Shown piece by piece: positions 9,708 to 19,618 of a stretch of DNA of 64,000 bases; position 1 is the stretch's first letter, and every line of letters begins with the position of its first letter. The notes beneath the pieces were generated by a model. It was not told where the DNA came from, did not search any database, and worked only from the letters and a program-made list of their open reading frames with translations. The DNA is from an uncultured delta proteobacterium (GTDB lineage: Bacteria > Desulfobacterota > Binatia > Binatales > Binataceae), in NCBI GenBank assembly GCA_963747115.1, contig CAVVEB010000019.1, forward strand, positions 76,704 to 140,703. The letters are read 5' to 3'. Position numbers and translations under genes: made by a program.

Positions 9708-9993
9708 ATCGCTCGGGTGGCGCAACCTAACGAACAAGACCAATCAATTCAACCTGACGAGACGATGAGGCCGAACTCGGGCGGGTCAATTTGCAGTCCT
9801 CGCCAGCCAACCTCGAGGAGTGGGATTCGCTGGTGCAGGTGAACACAATTTTGAGCCTGGAACAGGAATGCGGAGTTCAATTCTCGGTCGAGGAGATCGA
9901 GGAGATGACCGACGTCGATAAAATCCTGCAAGTGCTCGTGCGTAAGAATCACAATCGCATCGGGAGCTAGATGCGCAAACGGCGCGCCCGCAT
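9708..9993 (+). pseudogene. decayed partial duplicate of the FkbH/ACP region (FkbH internal fragment fused to the ACP 3' part)
   Basis: Nt 9767-9993 align base-for-base with 997-1223 at offset 8770, with about 90+% identity by eye, including the TAG and the following ATG. Nt 9708-9760 resemble FkbH nt 469-522 (NQFNLT codons). The FkbH-frame piece hits TGA at 9766, and the ACP-frame piece has no start and a TGA at 9755. Confidence 0.7.
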
Positions 9994-10034
9994 CGTTGCG
10001 AGCACGCCGTTCGCGGCGAAGCTATCGGTAGTTA

Positions 10035-11261
10035 TCAGGGACACGAGTCAGTCGCGGAAGTGTACACCGCGTTGACATCGTCGGGCGTCGCATTCGTCGC
10101 GGTCAAGCTCGTGACCGTAGGGTTTCCGGTGGTGCCGGTCGCCAACAAAATGCCCGCGCAAGCCTCGGTGATCCGATTACCACTGACGATGTTACTGCTA
10201 CCGCTGGGGCTACCGCAGGAGCTGTCCAGATTTATGCCCGATTCGTCACTGGCATAGATGATGTTGCTTTTTATCGTGTTGCTGTTGCTGCAGACATCGA
10301 TGCCATCGAAGAGCAGTGTTCGAGATATGGTGTTCGTGGTAACCGTCGCGCCGTCGGCAACTCCATACGCCGGATCGCTGGCCAAGGCAATGCCGTATTG
10401 GTTGTTTCCAACCTGGTTCGATTGGACGAAAACGTTGGACGACGCGTAGACCAGAATTCCCGAAGCCCCAGTTGTGCCGGGCGAATAGACGTTATTCAGG
10501 ACCGTGTTGCCGGTGATCTTGCCGGTCGCGCCGAATCCCAGCTGAATGCCATTTTCCGCCGCGCCGGTAGTGGGCCCCTGACCGATAACCGTATTGCCAG
10601 TAATGGTCATGGTGGTTCCCGCATCGTCACCAGTAATCCCGTTCTTCTGATAATTCGCGACGCTGCTACCCTTCACCGTCAAAACAGACGTGGAAGAACT
10701 TGCGTCGGCAAAAATTCCCAACCCGCTCTGGCATCCGCCCAACCCAGCGCCGAGCACCTCATTGTTGACGATGACGGAATTCACCATGCCCGAAGCATTC
10801 TGGTAGTAGATCCCGATTAATTCGGGTGTGCACGACGTAATACCGTTGCCGCTGGTGCCGGTGCCGTCTAGCGCAAGGTTCTCAATGGTCACAGCGGTGG
10901 TGTCGTGGACGTAGACTTGCGCCGCGACGGCATGTCCGGACACCGAGGTCGCGTTCGTCGCCATCCCGCCGGAGGGCGGCGCGATTACCGGCGCGTCCGA
11001 AGTTCCACTAACGATCCCTTTGAGGATCAACGGTTTCGAGATGGTCAACTGTTCCGGATACGTACCCGGACAAACTTCAACCACGGTTGACCCGGCGGTA
11101 CTAATCGCTGCCTGGATCGTTGTTGCGCTATGCGCGTGACATGAGCCGACGAAGACCGTCGTCGCGTGCGCCTGAGACGAGACTAGTCCGAGGCCGGCTA
11201 CGGTCAGAAAACCCGTCGCGACCACCCGCATTTTCCACTTTCGTTTCGGCAGCGGATTCAT
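10035..11261 (-). CDS. secreted right-handed parallel beta-helix repeat protein (polysaccharide lyase/epimerase-like fold)
   Basis: Signal-peptide-like KRKWKMRVVATGFLTVAGLGLVSSQAHA, then Gly/Asn/Thr-rich ~22-aa periodicity (IGIYYQNASG, CQSGLGIF, NYQKNGITG, VIGQGPTTGAAENGIQLGFGA). The start could be 11303, 11261 or 11231. Confidence 0.7.
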   Translation of the reverse strand: MNPLPKRKWKMRVVATGFLTVAGLGLVSSQAHATTVFVGSCHAHSATTIQAAISTAGSTVVEVCPGTYPEQLTISKPLILKGIVSGTSDAPVIAPPSGGMATNATSVSGHAVAAQVYVHDTTAVTIENLALDGTGTSGNGITSCTPELIGIYYQNASGMVNSVIVNNEVLGAGLGGCQSGLGIFADASSSTSVLTVKGSSVANYQKNGITGDDAGTTMTITGNTVIGQGPTTGAAENGIQLGFGATGKITGNTVLNNVYSPGTTGASGILVYASSNVFVQSNQVGNNQYGIALASDPAYGVADGATVTTNTISRTLLFDGIDVCSNSNTIKSNIIYASDESGINLDSSCGSPSGSSNIVSGNRITEACAGILLATGTTGNPTVTSLTATNATPDDVNAVYTSATDSCP

Positions 11262-11324
11262 AAGCACCTTTTGCGTTGCATATCTGCGGACTGAATTTTT
11301 CATTTTTCGCTACGTCGTCAACCG

Positions 11325-12626
11325 CTAAGGGCACGAGTTGGCAGTCAACTTGGTGTGAACCGTGTTGTTATAAGTGTTGGTACCGACGGCGGCACCGGGC
11401 CCGTTCAGAATGCCGGCGCAGGCACCGTTAATGACGTTCGATTTGACAGTGTTACCGGTACCGCTGCTGCTGCAGGTGCTGGGGCTGGCGCTGGTGCTGT
11501 CGAGGTGAATCGCGGACTGCGCGTTGTTCGAAAGGGTGTTGCTCGAAACGGTGTTGCCGTTGCTGCAGACATCGATGGCATCGCAGACCTCGGTTCCCGA
11601 TACTTTATTGCCGGTGACAGTGCCGCCGTCGGCCAGGAATCCGTCGCCAGGATCCGAGACCAATGCGATGCCGAATTGAGTCGTAGAAACAGTATTGTTA
11701 AGTACTTTTACCGAAGGCGAGCCATACACCAAAATGCCATCGGCAGCATTAGCGGCGAAGGTGCTGGTACACGCGGTGGGAGGGGGCGAGGGAACATAAA
11801 TATCGTTGAATACGGAGTTCAGACTGACCGTGCCTGCGGCTCCGAATCCGATTTGAATCCCATTTTCAGCGGCGCCGGTGGTAGGACCCTGGCCGATAAC
11901 CGAATTACCATCGACGTTGACGGTGGTTCCGATCTCATTCGCGGTAATGCCGTTCTTCTGGTAATCGTGAACTGTGTTCTGCAGGATCGTAACGGTCGAA
12001 GTTCCGCCGCTTCCGCTTTGCACGAAAATGCCCAAGCCGCTCTGACAGCCGGCATCAGTTGGATCCTGCTTCTGGTTGCGCTCCGTAGTCGCATAGATTT
12101 CGCCGGAAGCATTCTGATAGTAAATGCCGATCAGATTCGGCACCGAACCGGAAGGACAACCCGTGATTTGGTTGTTGGTTCCGTCCACCGTTACCCGCTC
12201 GACCGTCACATTCGTGGCACCCTGCACCAGAATTTGGGCGGCAATCGGATTGCCACTGGTGAGGCTGGTGGCGTTGGCCACCAAACCGGTCGATGGGGGC
12301 GCGATGATCACGGCACCGCTGACAAAGCCCGCCCTCGGGGTCCCGCCCGGCCCGGTCAGCGCGAGACTCGTGCTGATGGTGACCTGCTCGTGATAGGTCC
12401 CCGGGCAAACCAGGACGGTCCCGCCCGTAGAGGTATCATTTACGGCCGCCTGGATAGTTGAAAATGGACCGACCGCCCCCGTCGCTGTGCATGTGGTTCC
12501 GACAATCGTCAGAGCATCGCTGGCTTCTGCCGAATATGGAGCGGCTATCGCGAAGCCGCAGCAGATGACGGCGCCCATCAGAGCCGCCCGTATGTTAGAG
12601 AAACCATCTTTGGCTCGGATCCTCAT
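11325..12626 (-). CDS. secreted right-handed parallel beta-helix repeat protein (paralog of 10035..11261)
   Basis: ATG 12626 lies 5 nt after AAGGAG. It has the signal peptide MRIRAKDGFSNIRAALMGAVICCGFAIAAPYSAEA and shares the blocks IGIYYQNASG, CQSGLGIF, DYQKNGITA and VIGQGPTTGAAENGIQIGFGA with its neighbour. Confidence 0.75.
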   Translation of the reverse strand: MRIRAKDGFSNIRAALMGAVICCGFAIAAPYSAEASDALTIVGTTCTATGAVGPFSTIQAAVNDTSTGGTVLVCPGTYHEQVTISTSLALTGPGGTPRAGFVSGAVIIAPPSTGLVANATSLTSGNPIAAQILVQGATNVTVERVTVDGTNNQITGCPSGSVPNLIGIYYQNASGEIYATTERNQKQDPTDAGCQSGLGIFVQSGSGGTSTVTILQNTVHDYQKNGITANEIGTTVNVDGNSVIGQGPTTGAAENGIQIGFGAAGTVSLNSVFNDIYVPSPPPTACTSTFAANAADGILVYGSPSVKVLNNTVSTTQFGIALVSDPGDGFLADGGTVTGNKVSGTEVCDAIDVCSNGNTVSSNTLSNNAQSAIHLDSTSASPSTCSSSGTGNTVKSNVINGACAGILNGPGAAVGTNTYNNTVHTKLTANSCP

Positions 12627-12883
12627 GAACTCTCCTTGGCAAGCGCTCACCGAATCCATTCAGTGACGGCTTTGGCACAGATTAGCGTTAGAGCGCCTAA
12701 TAACGCTTCTGCATCATACGATATTCGCAGCCAAATTCACGTGATTAATGACCCCATAGATTCATAAAAAGGAAAACCCTGTCCCTTAACAATCCGTTTA
12801 TCTCGGGCGCTGCTTGTGTAGCAAAATCCTACACAGGGCGGCCGACGCGGAAGGAAACCTTTCCGCCACCCATCGTTGGCGAG

Positions 12884-14905
12884 TCAACGAATCTCGTAAA
12901 CTTTAGCTTCGTAGCCGGCGAATTTGTCCGCGAAACTGTTGTCGGCGCCGGGCGTGAGTTTCTGCATTCCTCTCCGAACCGTGACCGATTGAGCTTTCGT
13001 TTTTAGAGTGAATTTTGCCTGGGTAGCGTCGGCACTATGATTGTACGCGATTAGGTAGCGGGTTCCGTCGGCGCCTACCTTCGAGCGGACGACAATGTCT
13101 TTTGGAGGGTCGCCAGCGAGAACCGGCGTATCGGGCTGCAGGAGCATCGGTTCCATCTCCTTCACTTCCTTGGTGACGTTAACCAGTTCCTGCCAAAGCG
13201 CTTTCTTTTGGATTGGGTCTCTGACCGACGCGAGTCCTCGCAAGCCGTGAGACCAGTAAAAGAGCCCGCTGGCGCCTTCCGCTACCGCCATCCAACTCAT
13301 GTCATGAAGCTGCTGCTCCGTGGGCCAAGCTGATTCTAAAGTTCCTTGAAAGAACTGGATCACTGTCCATACCGGTCTGGCGCCATGGACCGACTCGACT
13401 GCGGCCCTGGTCCGATCTCCGACCATCGCGATGTCGTTGCCGGCGGGCTTCCAAAGCGGGTAGGGGTCGACCCCCATCACGTCGGCCGCATCTTTCCAGA
13501 ATCCGAGATCCCGGTAACGGCTCAACACGACCAGATCGAATCCGGCGGGATCGCTTTCTTTGATAACTTGAAATTGATGAAACGTGCGCGGCAGCTTGTC
13601 GAGCATCGGCTCGTCCTGGACATAGTAGCCGACGATTCCCTTGTTGCTCTTAAACGCCGAGGTATATCGCGCTACGAAATCATCGTCGTTTGAACTTCCG
13701 AGATGGCTTGCCAATCCTTTCGGATAGTTATGATTGTCCGAGTAAAAGTCGTTGACGGCAGGCATAAAAAAGATTCCGCGCGATTGCAACCCATCGGTGT
13801 AAGCGTCGATGGCGCTCGTTGGAGCATTGGTGATGTAGTAGTTGATCAGCATGTTCAAGGGCGCCTGCGCGATCTCATCGAGCGGCTTGTCAAAAGCTTT
13901 CGGATTATTGGAGTACCCGGAGGTCTCATAGATTCCGAGCACGTAATGCGCCGCGCCGTCACCGAAGTGGGCGCGATTGCGCTCATCGATCCACGCGCGC
14001 AGGAAAGTACCCGGATTAGAATCCACTTTCACGACCTTGTAGGCAGGCGGCTCAAACAGAGTTTTACCCCCGCTGAGCAGTTGTCCTCGGACCCGGTAGA
14101 CACCGGCGGGCAACGCGGCAAAGTCCAGCATCGAAGTAAAATTATCAGCTGGCGATCGCGAGACCTGTGCTGCCACCGACTTTGATTCGGAATTGAGCGC
14201 CTCGAGCCGAAATGAAAGGTCGCCGCGCTTCACCATTGCGTCCGCCCCGTCGAGATTGAGCGTCACCTGCATTCGCACTTGTTGATCCGAGCCGGGAAAG
14301 AGATATCCCCGGTAATTCGGATACAACATAAAAGTCTGCACCAGCGGAGGACTTTCCCGGCGCAAGAATAAATCCCGAAACCACGCGGTACCGGAGACCT
14401 TTCCGTAAATCTCGAGTCTGAAGCGCGACTTCCCGGCGGGCGGCGCAACGACTGCATGCTCGAAGGTGTAAGTCTGCCAGTCGTGGGTGCCGTTGATCAT
14501 CTTTGTGCCGCCGGCCCAAAACAGATCTATCCGTGCACCGCCAAATCTCTTTTCCGGCGTCATCTCGCTGGTCTTGATGTCGCCCCCGACCGTATATATT
14601 CCCTCTGCGGGTACGAACTCATTGACGGCAATCGACACGCCCCGCTCGCATCCTGCCGGATCAACTATTTTCAGACTCGCCTTACCGCCGGAGGCTCCGC
14701 TGATCGGATCCAGCTTAAAGCAGGGAGTAACACGCCATCCTTGTAATCCTTTCGAAAAGTCGCCGTTTATCGAGCAGGTTTGCGCCTTTTGTCCATGGGC
14801 TCTCGAGGCTTTCAGCTCCACCTGCAGGAAAATTGCGAGCGCGGCTACCTTTGGTAAATCGCGATAGGGCTCCCTCTGAAGATGCGAAATCCGAATTCGA
14901 GCCAA
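12884..14905 (-). CDS. putative EPS glycosidase: N-terminal carbohydrate-binding-like module plus clan GH-A-like TIM-barrel region
   Basis: Long ORF with coding-like composition. NGDFSKGLQGW opens a jelly-roll-like module. GYYVQDEP and MAVAEGASGLFYWS resemble acid/base and nucleophile blocks of clan-A glycosidases. It is clearly paralogous to 48750..50856. The family is not identified, and the TTG 14905 start is doubtful. Confidence 0.55.
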   Translation of the reverse strand: MARIRISHLQREPYRDLPKVAALAIFLQVELKASRAHGQKAQTCSINGDFSKGLQGWRVTPCFKLDPISGASGGKASLKIVDPAGCERGVSIAVNEFVPAEGIYTVGGDIKTSEMTPEKRFGGARIDLFWAGGTKMINGTHDWQTYTFEHAVVAPPAGKSRFRLEIYGKVSGTAWFRDLFLRRESPPLVQTFMLYPNYRGYLFPGSDQQVRMQVTLNLDGADAMVKRGDLSFRLEALNSESKSVAAQVSRSPADNFTSMLDFAALPAGVYRVRGQLLSGGKTLFEPPAYKVVKVDSNPGTFLRAWIDERNRAHFGDGAAHYVLGIYETSGYSNNPKAFDKPLDEIAQAPLNMLINYYITNAPTSAIDAYTDGLQSRGIFFMPAVNDFYSDNHNYPKGLASHLGSSNDDDFVARYTSAFKSNKGIVGYYVQDEPMLDKLPRTFHQFQVIKESDPAGFDLVVLSRYRDLGFWKDAADVMGVDPYPLWKPAGNDIAMVGDRTRAAVESVHGARPVWTVIQFFQGTLESAWPTEQQLHDMSWMAVAEGASGLFYWSHGLRGLASVRDPIQKKALWQELVNVTKEVKEMEPMLLQPDTPVLAGDPPKDIVVRSKVGADGTRYLIAYNHSADATQAKFTLKTKAQSVTVRRGMQKLTPGADNSFADKFAGYEAKVYEIR

Positions 14906-15367
14906 CCCCCGATACCTGACGGGTGGATGGTGGCGGGGAAGAGCTTCCCCCGCATGAATAGCCCGCGAATAGAATCAGGCCGAGCAGAGCGACCACGGAG
15001 GACAGGTAAAGGTTCTTTTGTCGCCTCGTCATAATAAGGATAATGTCCCCCATAATATCCCTTATCGCCCCAAACTTGACGCTAAAGCGATCCGGGTTTC
15101 CGTCTAACACATCTATCCACAGGGAAGGGCTAATGTGCACGAATCGTCGTGGAACGCGTGATATTTCTGACACTAATTCTTAACCAAAACATTTATATTC
15201 AGGAACAATATTCGCTCCTGCCGGGGAATTTTCAGTTGCAAGCAAGCGACCTTTTGTGTTTCGGGTATTGTTAGCATTGGCGGGACTGCAAACAATGGCA
15301 GGAGCATAATGAAGACGAATTTCGCGGGCCATGATCTGCTTTGGCCGAAAGGTACACTACAGTAAAA

Positions 15368-16771
15368 ATGTTGCGGCGCCGCCCTCGAGTCATCAACGGC
15401 ATCGCGCGAATCCTTGATTTGAGTTTTATCGGCGTAGCCTTTGCCTACGCGGTCTGGTGGAACTTCATTCGCACCGAACGCTGGATCCCCGCTACCGCGA
15501 CCAATACGGTTTCCGAACGAAACATTCAGTACCTGTTTTTCCTAACAGTGGTATTGCTCACCTGGGCGGCACTCTCTCATTTGATGGGGGTGTATAGCTC
15601 GCACAGAACCGAGGCGCTGTCATCCAGTCTCGGTCGGCAGCTGAGGACCCAGGCGTTATGGATGGTAGTAACCGGCTTTTTGATCTTTCTCATTCGCTTC
15701 AGCCTGCTGCGCCGCGGATTTCTGGGGTCATTTTTTGTCTATGCCAGCGTCCTTCTGACCTTCCGGGAGACGTGTTTCGTTGTCCTGCTGCAGGAGCTCC
15801 ATCGCCAGGGATACAACCTGCGCCGAATCGGGATTATCGGCGGGTCGGCAAGCGCCGAGCGGTTCACCGCCTTTGTCGAACAAAATCCCGAGGTTGGATA
15901 CCGCGTCGTAGAGGTCGAAAGCGAGCAGAATCTGACCGCCGCCGTGGCGGGAAAGATGATGCCCGAATTGGATGACATCTTTATCCTGGCGGGCGGGACC
16001 CCTGCGGAAGAGTTGGAGCCCCTGGCGCTTCAGTTGCTGCACCGTGGAAAGCGCGTGCATATCGTCCCGGGCATGTTCAACGCCCGATTGTTTCGGCAAG
16101 AGCTCGAGGACTTCGCGGGAATTCCGGTCCTTTCGATTGGGGGCCCCGGCTTGAATGCGCTTCAAGCGGCGTTCAAGCGGACAATTGATGTGATCGGCTC
16201 AACGCTGCTGCTAGTGCTGCTTTCGCCGCTGCTCGCGCTAGTCGTTTTAGCCATCAAAGTTAGTTCAAGTGGACCGATCCTCTTTGTACAGGAGCGCTTG
16301 GGCCAAGGCGCACAGCGTTTTCCGTTGTACAAGTTCCGCACCATGGTTTCTAACGCGGAAGATCTGCTGCGGACTGACCCCGCGCTATACAAAAAGTACG
16401 TCGATAACAATTTCAAACTGCCGAAGAAGGAAGATGTGCGAATCACTGCTCTGGGACGCTTTTTGCGCACTACCAGCCTCAACGAACTGCCGCAGCTTTT
16501 CAACGTATTCAAAGGTGACATGAGCCTGGTCGGCCCGCGTCCGATTGTCCCCGCCGAAATCGAACAGTACGGCGATTACGCCGACCTGTTTCTGTCCGTT
16601 AAACCGGGACTCACGGGAAAATGGCAGATAAACGGCCGCAGTGAAATCAAGGATTATGGAGTTCGCGCCGCGATGGACCTCGAATACATTCGCGACCAGT
16701 CGCTGAGCACGGATGTGGCGATTCTGGTCAAAACTATTCGGGTCGTGTTGCAGCGCAGGGGCGCCTATTGA
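15368..16771 (+). CDS. polyprenyl-phosphate sugar phosphotransferase (WbaP/WcaJ/EpsB-type priming transferase)
   Basis: N-terminal TM segments are followed by the bacterial sugar transferase core: PLLALVVLAIKVSSSGPILFVQERLG, PLYKFRTM, LNELPQLFNVFKGDMSLVGPRP. I prefer ATG 15368 over the listed TTG 15341. Confidence 0.9.
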   Translation: MLRRRPRVINGIARILDLSFIGVAFAYAVWWNFIRTERWIPATATNTVSERNIQYLFFLTVVLLTWAALSHLMGVYSSHRTEALSSSLGRQLRTQALWMVVTGFLIFLIRFSLLRRGFLGSFFVYASVLLTFRETCFVVLLQELHRQGYNLRRIGIIGGSASAERFTAFVEQNPEVGYRVVEVESEQNLTAAVAGKMMPELDDIFILAGGTPAEELEPLALQLLHRGKRVHIVPGMFNARLFRQELEDFAGIPVLSIGGPGLNALQAAFKRTIDVIGSTLLLVLLSPLLALVVLAIKVSSSGPILFVQERLGQGAQRFPLYKFRTMVSNAEDLLRTDPALYKKYVDNNFKLPKKEDVRITALGRFLRTTSLNELPQLFNVFKGDMSLVGPRPIVPAEIEQYGDYADLFLSVKPGLTGKWQINGRSEIKDYGVRAAMDLEYIRDQSLSTDVAILVKTIRVVLQRRGAY

Positions 16772-16861
16772 GGAGATGCTCGACTCCCGCAATCGCGCAT
16801 CAACGCGTCGCTACCTCGAATTGTTACTCCGCGCCGTCGGTGAGTTTCTTCTCGGTCCCGA

Positions 16862-17674
16862 TCAGGATGACTTGCGATACACGCCAACGATGACGCTGGC
16901 TGCGAAGTTCCGCGCTCCCATCGACATCAGAAATCGACTGGCTGCGAGTTCGATTGCGCTCAGCGGACCAATGAAGTAGAAAAGCGGCCGCGCAGGGAGC
17001 AACAGCACCTGTTCGCAGGAAAATCCGGCGCGCGATGCCACCTCGGTCATACTCCGCGCGGTGTTGATCCGATAATAGGTGGGAAACACGTCCTCCTCTT
17101 CCCGAAAGTCCATGTAACGAATCATCGCCATCACGAAGCTTTCGGGAAGAATCCGGCGTCCCAGTGTCACCAGCCGCGCAGCGTAACTGACCACGTTGGT
17201 CGTGTGGATGACTACTCTCCCGTCGGGCGCCAAAACTCGAGCGAACTCTGACAAAACCTTAACCGGATCTTCCAGATGCTCAGCGACACTGTTTAACGTA
17301 ATCAGATCGAACGTGCGCTCGTGGAAAGGAAGGCTGCCGAGCGTCGCGGACACCCGGTATTTGATGCTGCGATGCTGTGTGAGCGAAGCGAACTCGAGGT
17401 CACAGCAAACCACGAGAGCCGCCTTCCGCACCATAGCCTTTTCCTGGTCAGCGTCCGTGGTCTCGAGAACCATATGACCGCCACCCGCATCGAGCCATCG
17501 CGTGCTCGGGGTTAGCAGATCATCTACTAATCGGGCATAGGTTAACTGCGTGTACTCGCGTTGAGGATGTATATGCTCGCGCAGCCAATAATAGGAGCCG
17601 CGGCCAAACCGCCGATCGAGCCGGTGCCAAAGGGAAGACAGCGTGCCACGCGAAGTTACGGAATCTTCAGCCAT
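16862..17674 (-). CDS. class I SAM-dependent methyltransferase
   Basis: WLDAGGGHM (motif I), VVCCDLE, FDLITLNSVAEHLEDP and LAPDGRVVIHT blocks. Confidence 0.8.
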   Translation of the reverse strand: MAEDSVTSRGTLSSLWHRLDRRFGRGSYYWLREHIHPQREYTQLTYARLVDDLLTPSTRWLDAGGGHMVLETTDADQEKAMVRKAALVVCCDLEFASLTQHRSIKYRVSATLGSLPFHERTFDLITLNSVAEHLEDPVKVLSEFARVLAPDGRVVIHTTNVVSYAARLVTLGRRILPESFVMAMIRYMDFREEEDVFPTYYRINTARSMTEVASRAGFSCEQVLLLPARPLFYFIGPLSAIELAASRFLMSMGARNFAASVIVGVYRKSS

Positions 17675-17878
17675 TTGCTCTCGTTTTCATGTAGCGGAGG
17701 CGGTTCGCGAAGGAGCGTGGCCTTTCTGATCCGCGGCGCCAGCAGGTAATCTATTCATTCCGCCGCTAAAACTTAAGCGATCAAGCGATCTTACAAACAT
17801 GAAAAACAAGCTTACCTGCGTCAGTATTCACTTGCGGGAGAGAAATAGAATTGTTATCGACGCCGTACAAGGGGTGCG

Positions 17879-18703
17879 ATGCAATCGGAGCACGTAGAGA
17901 ATGTGGGTCTCCCAACGACTCGCTCTAAATTTCTTTCCGGTCTGACGCGACGTTTGATTGGACATCGCGGCGGTTACCGCGCGTCGCAACTGCTAATTCA
18001 GATTTTCGGCGCCACCGGCTCGGCGGTGGAAACCGATGTCTTCGGCTTTCGCATGTTGGTCGACCCCAAAGACCACGCTTGCCGCGCATTACTCTACTAT
18101 CCGCAGCTTTACGAAGCCGCCGAACGCGCCGCGCTGCTGCCGCAGATACGGCCGGGAGATGTGGTCGTCGATGTGGGAGCGCATTTCGGAGTCTACTCAC
18201 TGCTGGCCTCGAAACGAGCAGCTAAAATTCTGAGTATCGAGGCCGACCCGGCCACCTTCGGCTATCTCGAACGCAATCTCGCGATGAACGGCGCCTCCAA
18301 CGTAACCGCTGTGCAAGCCGGCGTCTCGGATCGGCGCGAGAGTTTAAGTTTATATGGCAACAATGTGACCGGAGATCGGAGTGGCCATTCCTTCGTGCCG
18401 GGCTGGGGCCGCAATGATAAGACTGAAGTCCAGTGTTATCCCCTGCCCGAAATCATGGCGGCTCACGGCTTTGGAACCTGCGACGTACTCAAAATCGATG
18501 TGGAGGGTTTCGAATATCGCGTTCTGGCACCATTGATCGAACAAAGCCGAATTCGACCACGCGTAATCCTCGTCGAATATTTCGAAACGAGAAATACCGG
18601 AGACGTCCGCATCCTTCTGCGCGACCATGGTTACCATCTTTCACGCCAGATCGGCCGTGATTACCTGTTCTGTCTTGTCAGCGGATCGCCGGAAGCGTTG
18701 TGA
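17879..18703 (+). CDS. FkbM-family methyltransferase
   Basis: GDVVVDVGAHFGVYSL, ILSIEADPATFGYLERN and CDVLKIDVEGFEYRVL are typical FkbM-family blocks. Confidence 0.85.
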   Translation: MQSEHVENVGLPTTRSKFLSGLTRRLIGHRGGYRASQLLIQIFGATGSAVETDVFGFRMLVDPKDHACRALLYYPQLYEAAERAALLPQIRPGDVVVDVGAHFGVYSLLASKRAAKILSIEADPATFGYLERNLAMNGASNVTAVQAGVSDRRESLSLYGNNVTGDRSGHSFVPGWGRNDKTEVQCYPLPEIMAAHGFGTCDVLKIDVEGFEYRVLAPLIEQSRIRPRVILVEYFETRNTGDVRILLRDHGYHLSRQIGRDYLFCLVSGSPEAL

Positions 18704-19611
18704 ATTCCTTCGACCAAAGCGACCGGACAGCGTTGCGACTGCCGGACTTTATACATGTCGGGCCGCCGCGGACCGGGACGACGTGGTTACACCAGGTGCT
18801 GATAGGTCACGTGGGACTGCCTGCCGATAAGGAAACGCTTTTTTTCGAGGTCAACTACAATCGCGGCATCAAGTGGTACGCCGATCTCTTTCGCGACTTT
18901 CCTCCACCGCTGCGGTTGGGCGAACTGGGCCCGACTTATTTTTCCAATACCATCGCCAGGGATCGGATTCGCGAGCATATCCCGAGTTGTAAGATAATCT
19001 GCACTTTCCGGGAGCCGGCGGCCAGACTTTATTCAATGTACCGCCTGCTCCGCGCACAAGGCCGCCCGGTCGAAGACGAATTTGACGCCTATTGGCGCGT
19101 GCTGGTCGCCTGCGGGTTGGACTTTTGTGCTTATGCCACACATTTGCGTCGGTGGCAGGAGACGTTTGGAGAAGACCGGGTATTGATACTGTTCTATGAG
19201 GATCTCAGCACCGATCCACAAGGCTATCTCGATCGCGTTTGCGACTTCATCGGGATTCCACTCGTGGCGCTCACTGACTCAGCGCTCGGAAGGTCAAAGG
19301 TATACTCAGCCGGACAGGTGGCTAACCGATCCAATTCCATCGTGAAGCGCACCGCGGATGCTGTTTACTGGCTGCGTCGGCACGGCGCCGCGCCTTTGAT
19401 GAGGCTTGGCAACAATACCCGTGCGAGTCGAATGATCCGCAGGGTCTTTGTCGAAGAATTCGAAACCCTCAGCCCGGCCTCCGCTGAAGAAGTGCGGCAC
19501 ATGATGCTTCCCGAGACGGAGGCGCTCGAGCAGATGACCGGCAGAGATCTCTCGAGCTGGAAACCGGGAACACGCGGCGTTGCGCGCGAGGACCTTTCTC
19601 ACTCCGTTTAG
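18700..19611 (+). CDS. sulfotransferase-family protein
   Basis: 5'-PSB-like loop LPDFIHVGPPRTGTTWLHQVL and the downstream IICTFREPAARLYS (3'-PB-like) block. The start overlaps the upstream stop. Confidence 0.8.
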   Translation: MNSFDQSDRTALRLPDFIHVGPPRTGTTWLHQVLIGHVGLPADKETLFFEVNYNRGIKWYADLFRDFPPPLRLGELGPTYFSNTIARDRIREHIPSCKIICTFREPAARLYSMYRLLRAQGRPVEDEFDAYWRVLVACGLDFCAYATHLRRWQETFGEDRVLILFYEDLSTDPQGYLDRVCDFIGIPLVALTDSALGRSKVYSAGQVANRSNSIVKRTADAVYWLRRHGAAPLMRLGNNTRASRMIRRVFVEEFETLSPASAEEVRHMMLPETEALEQMTGRDLSSWKPGTRGVAREDLSHSV

Positions 19612-19618
19612 TGAACCG

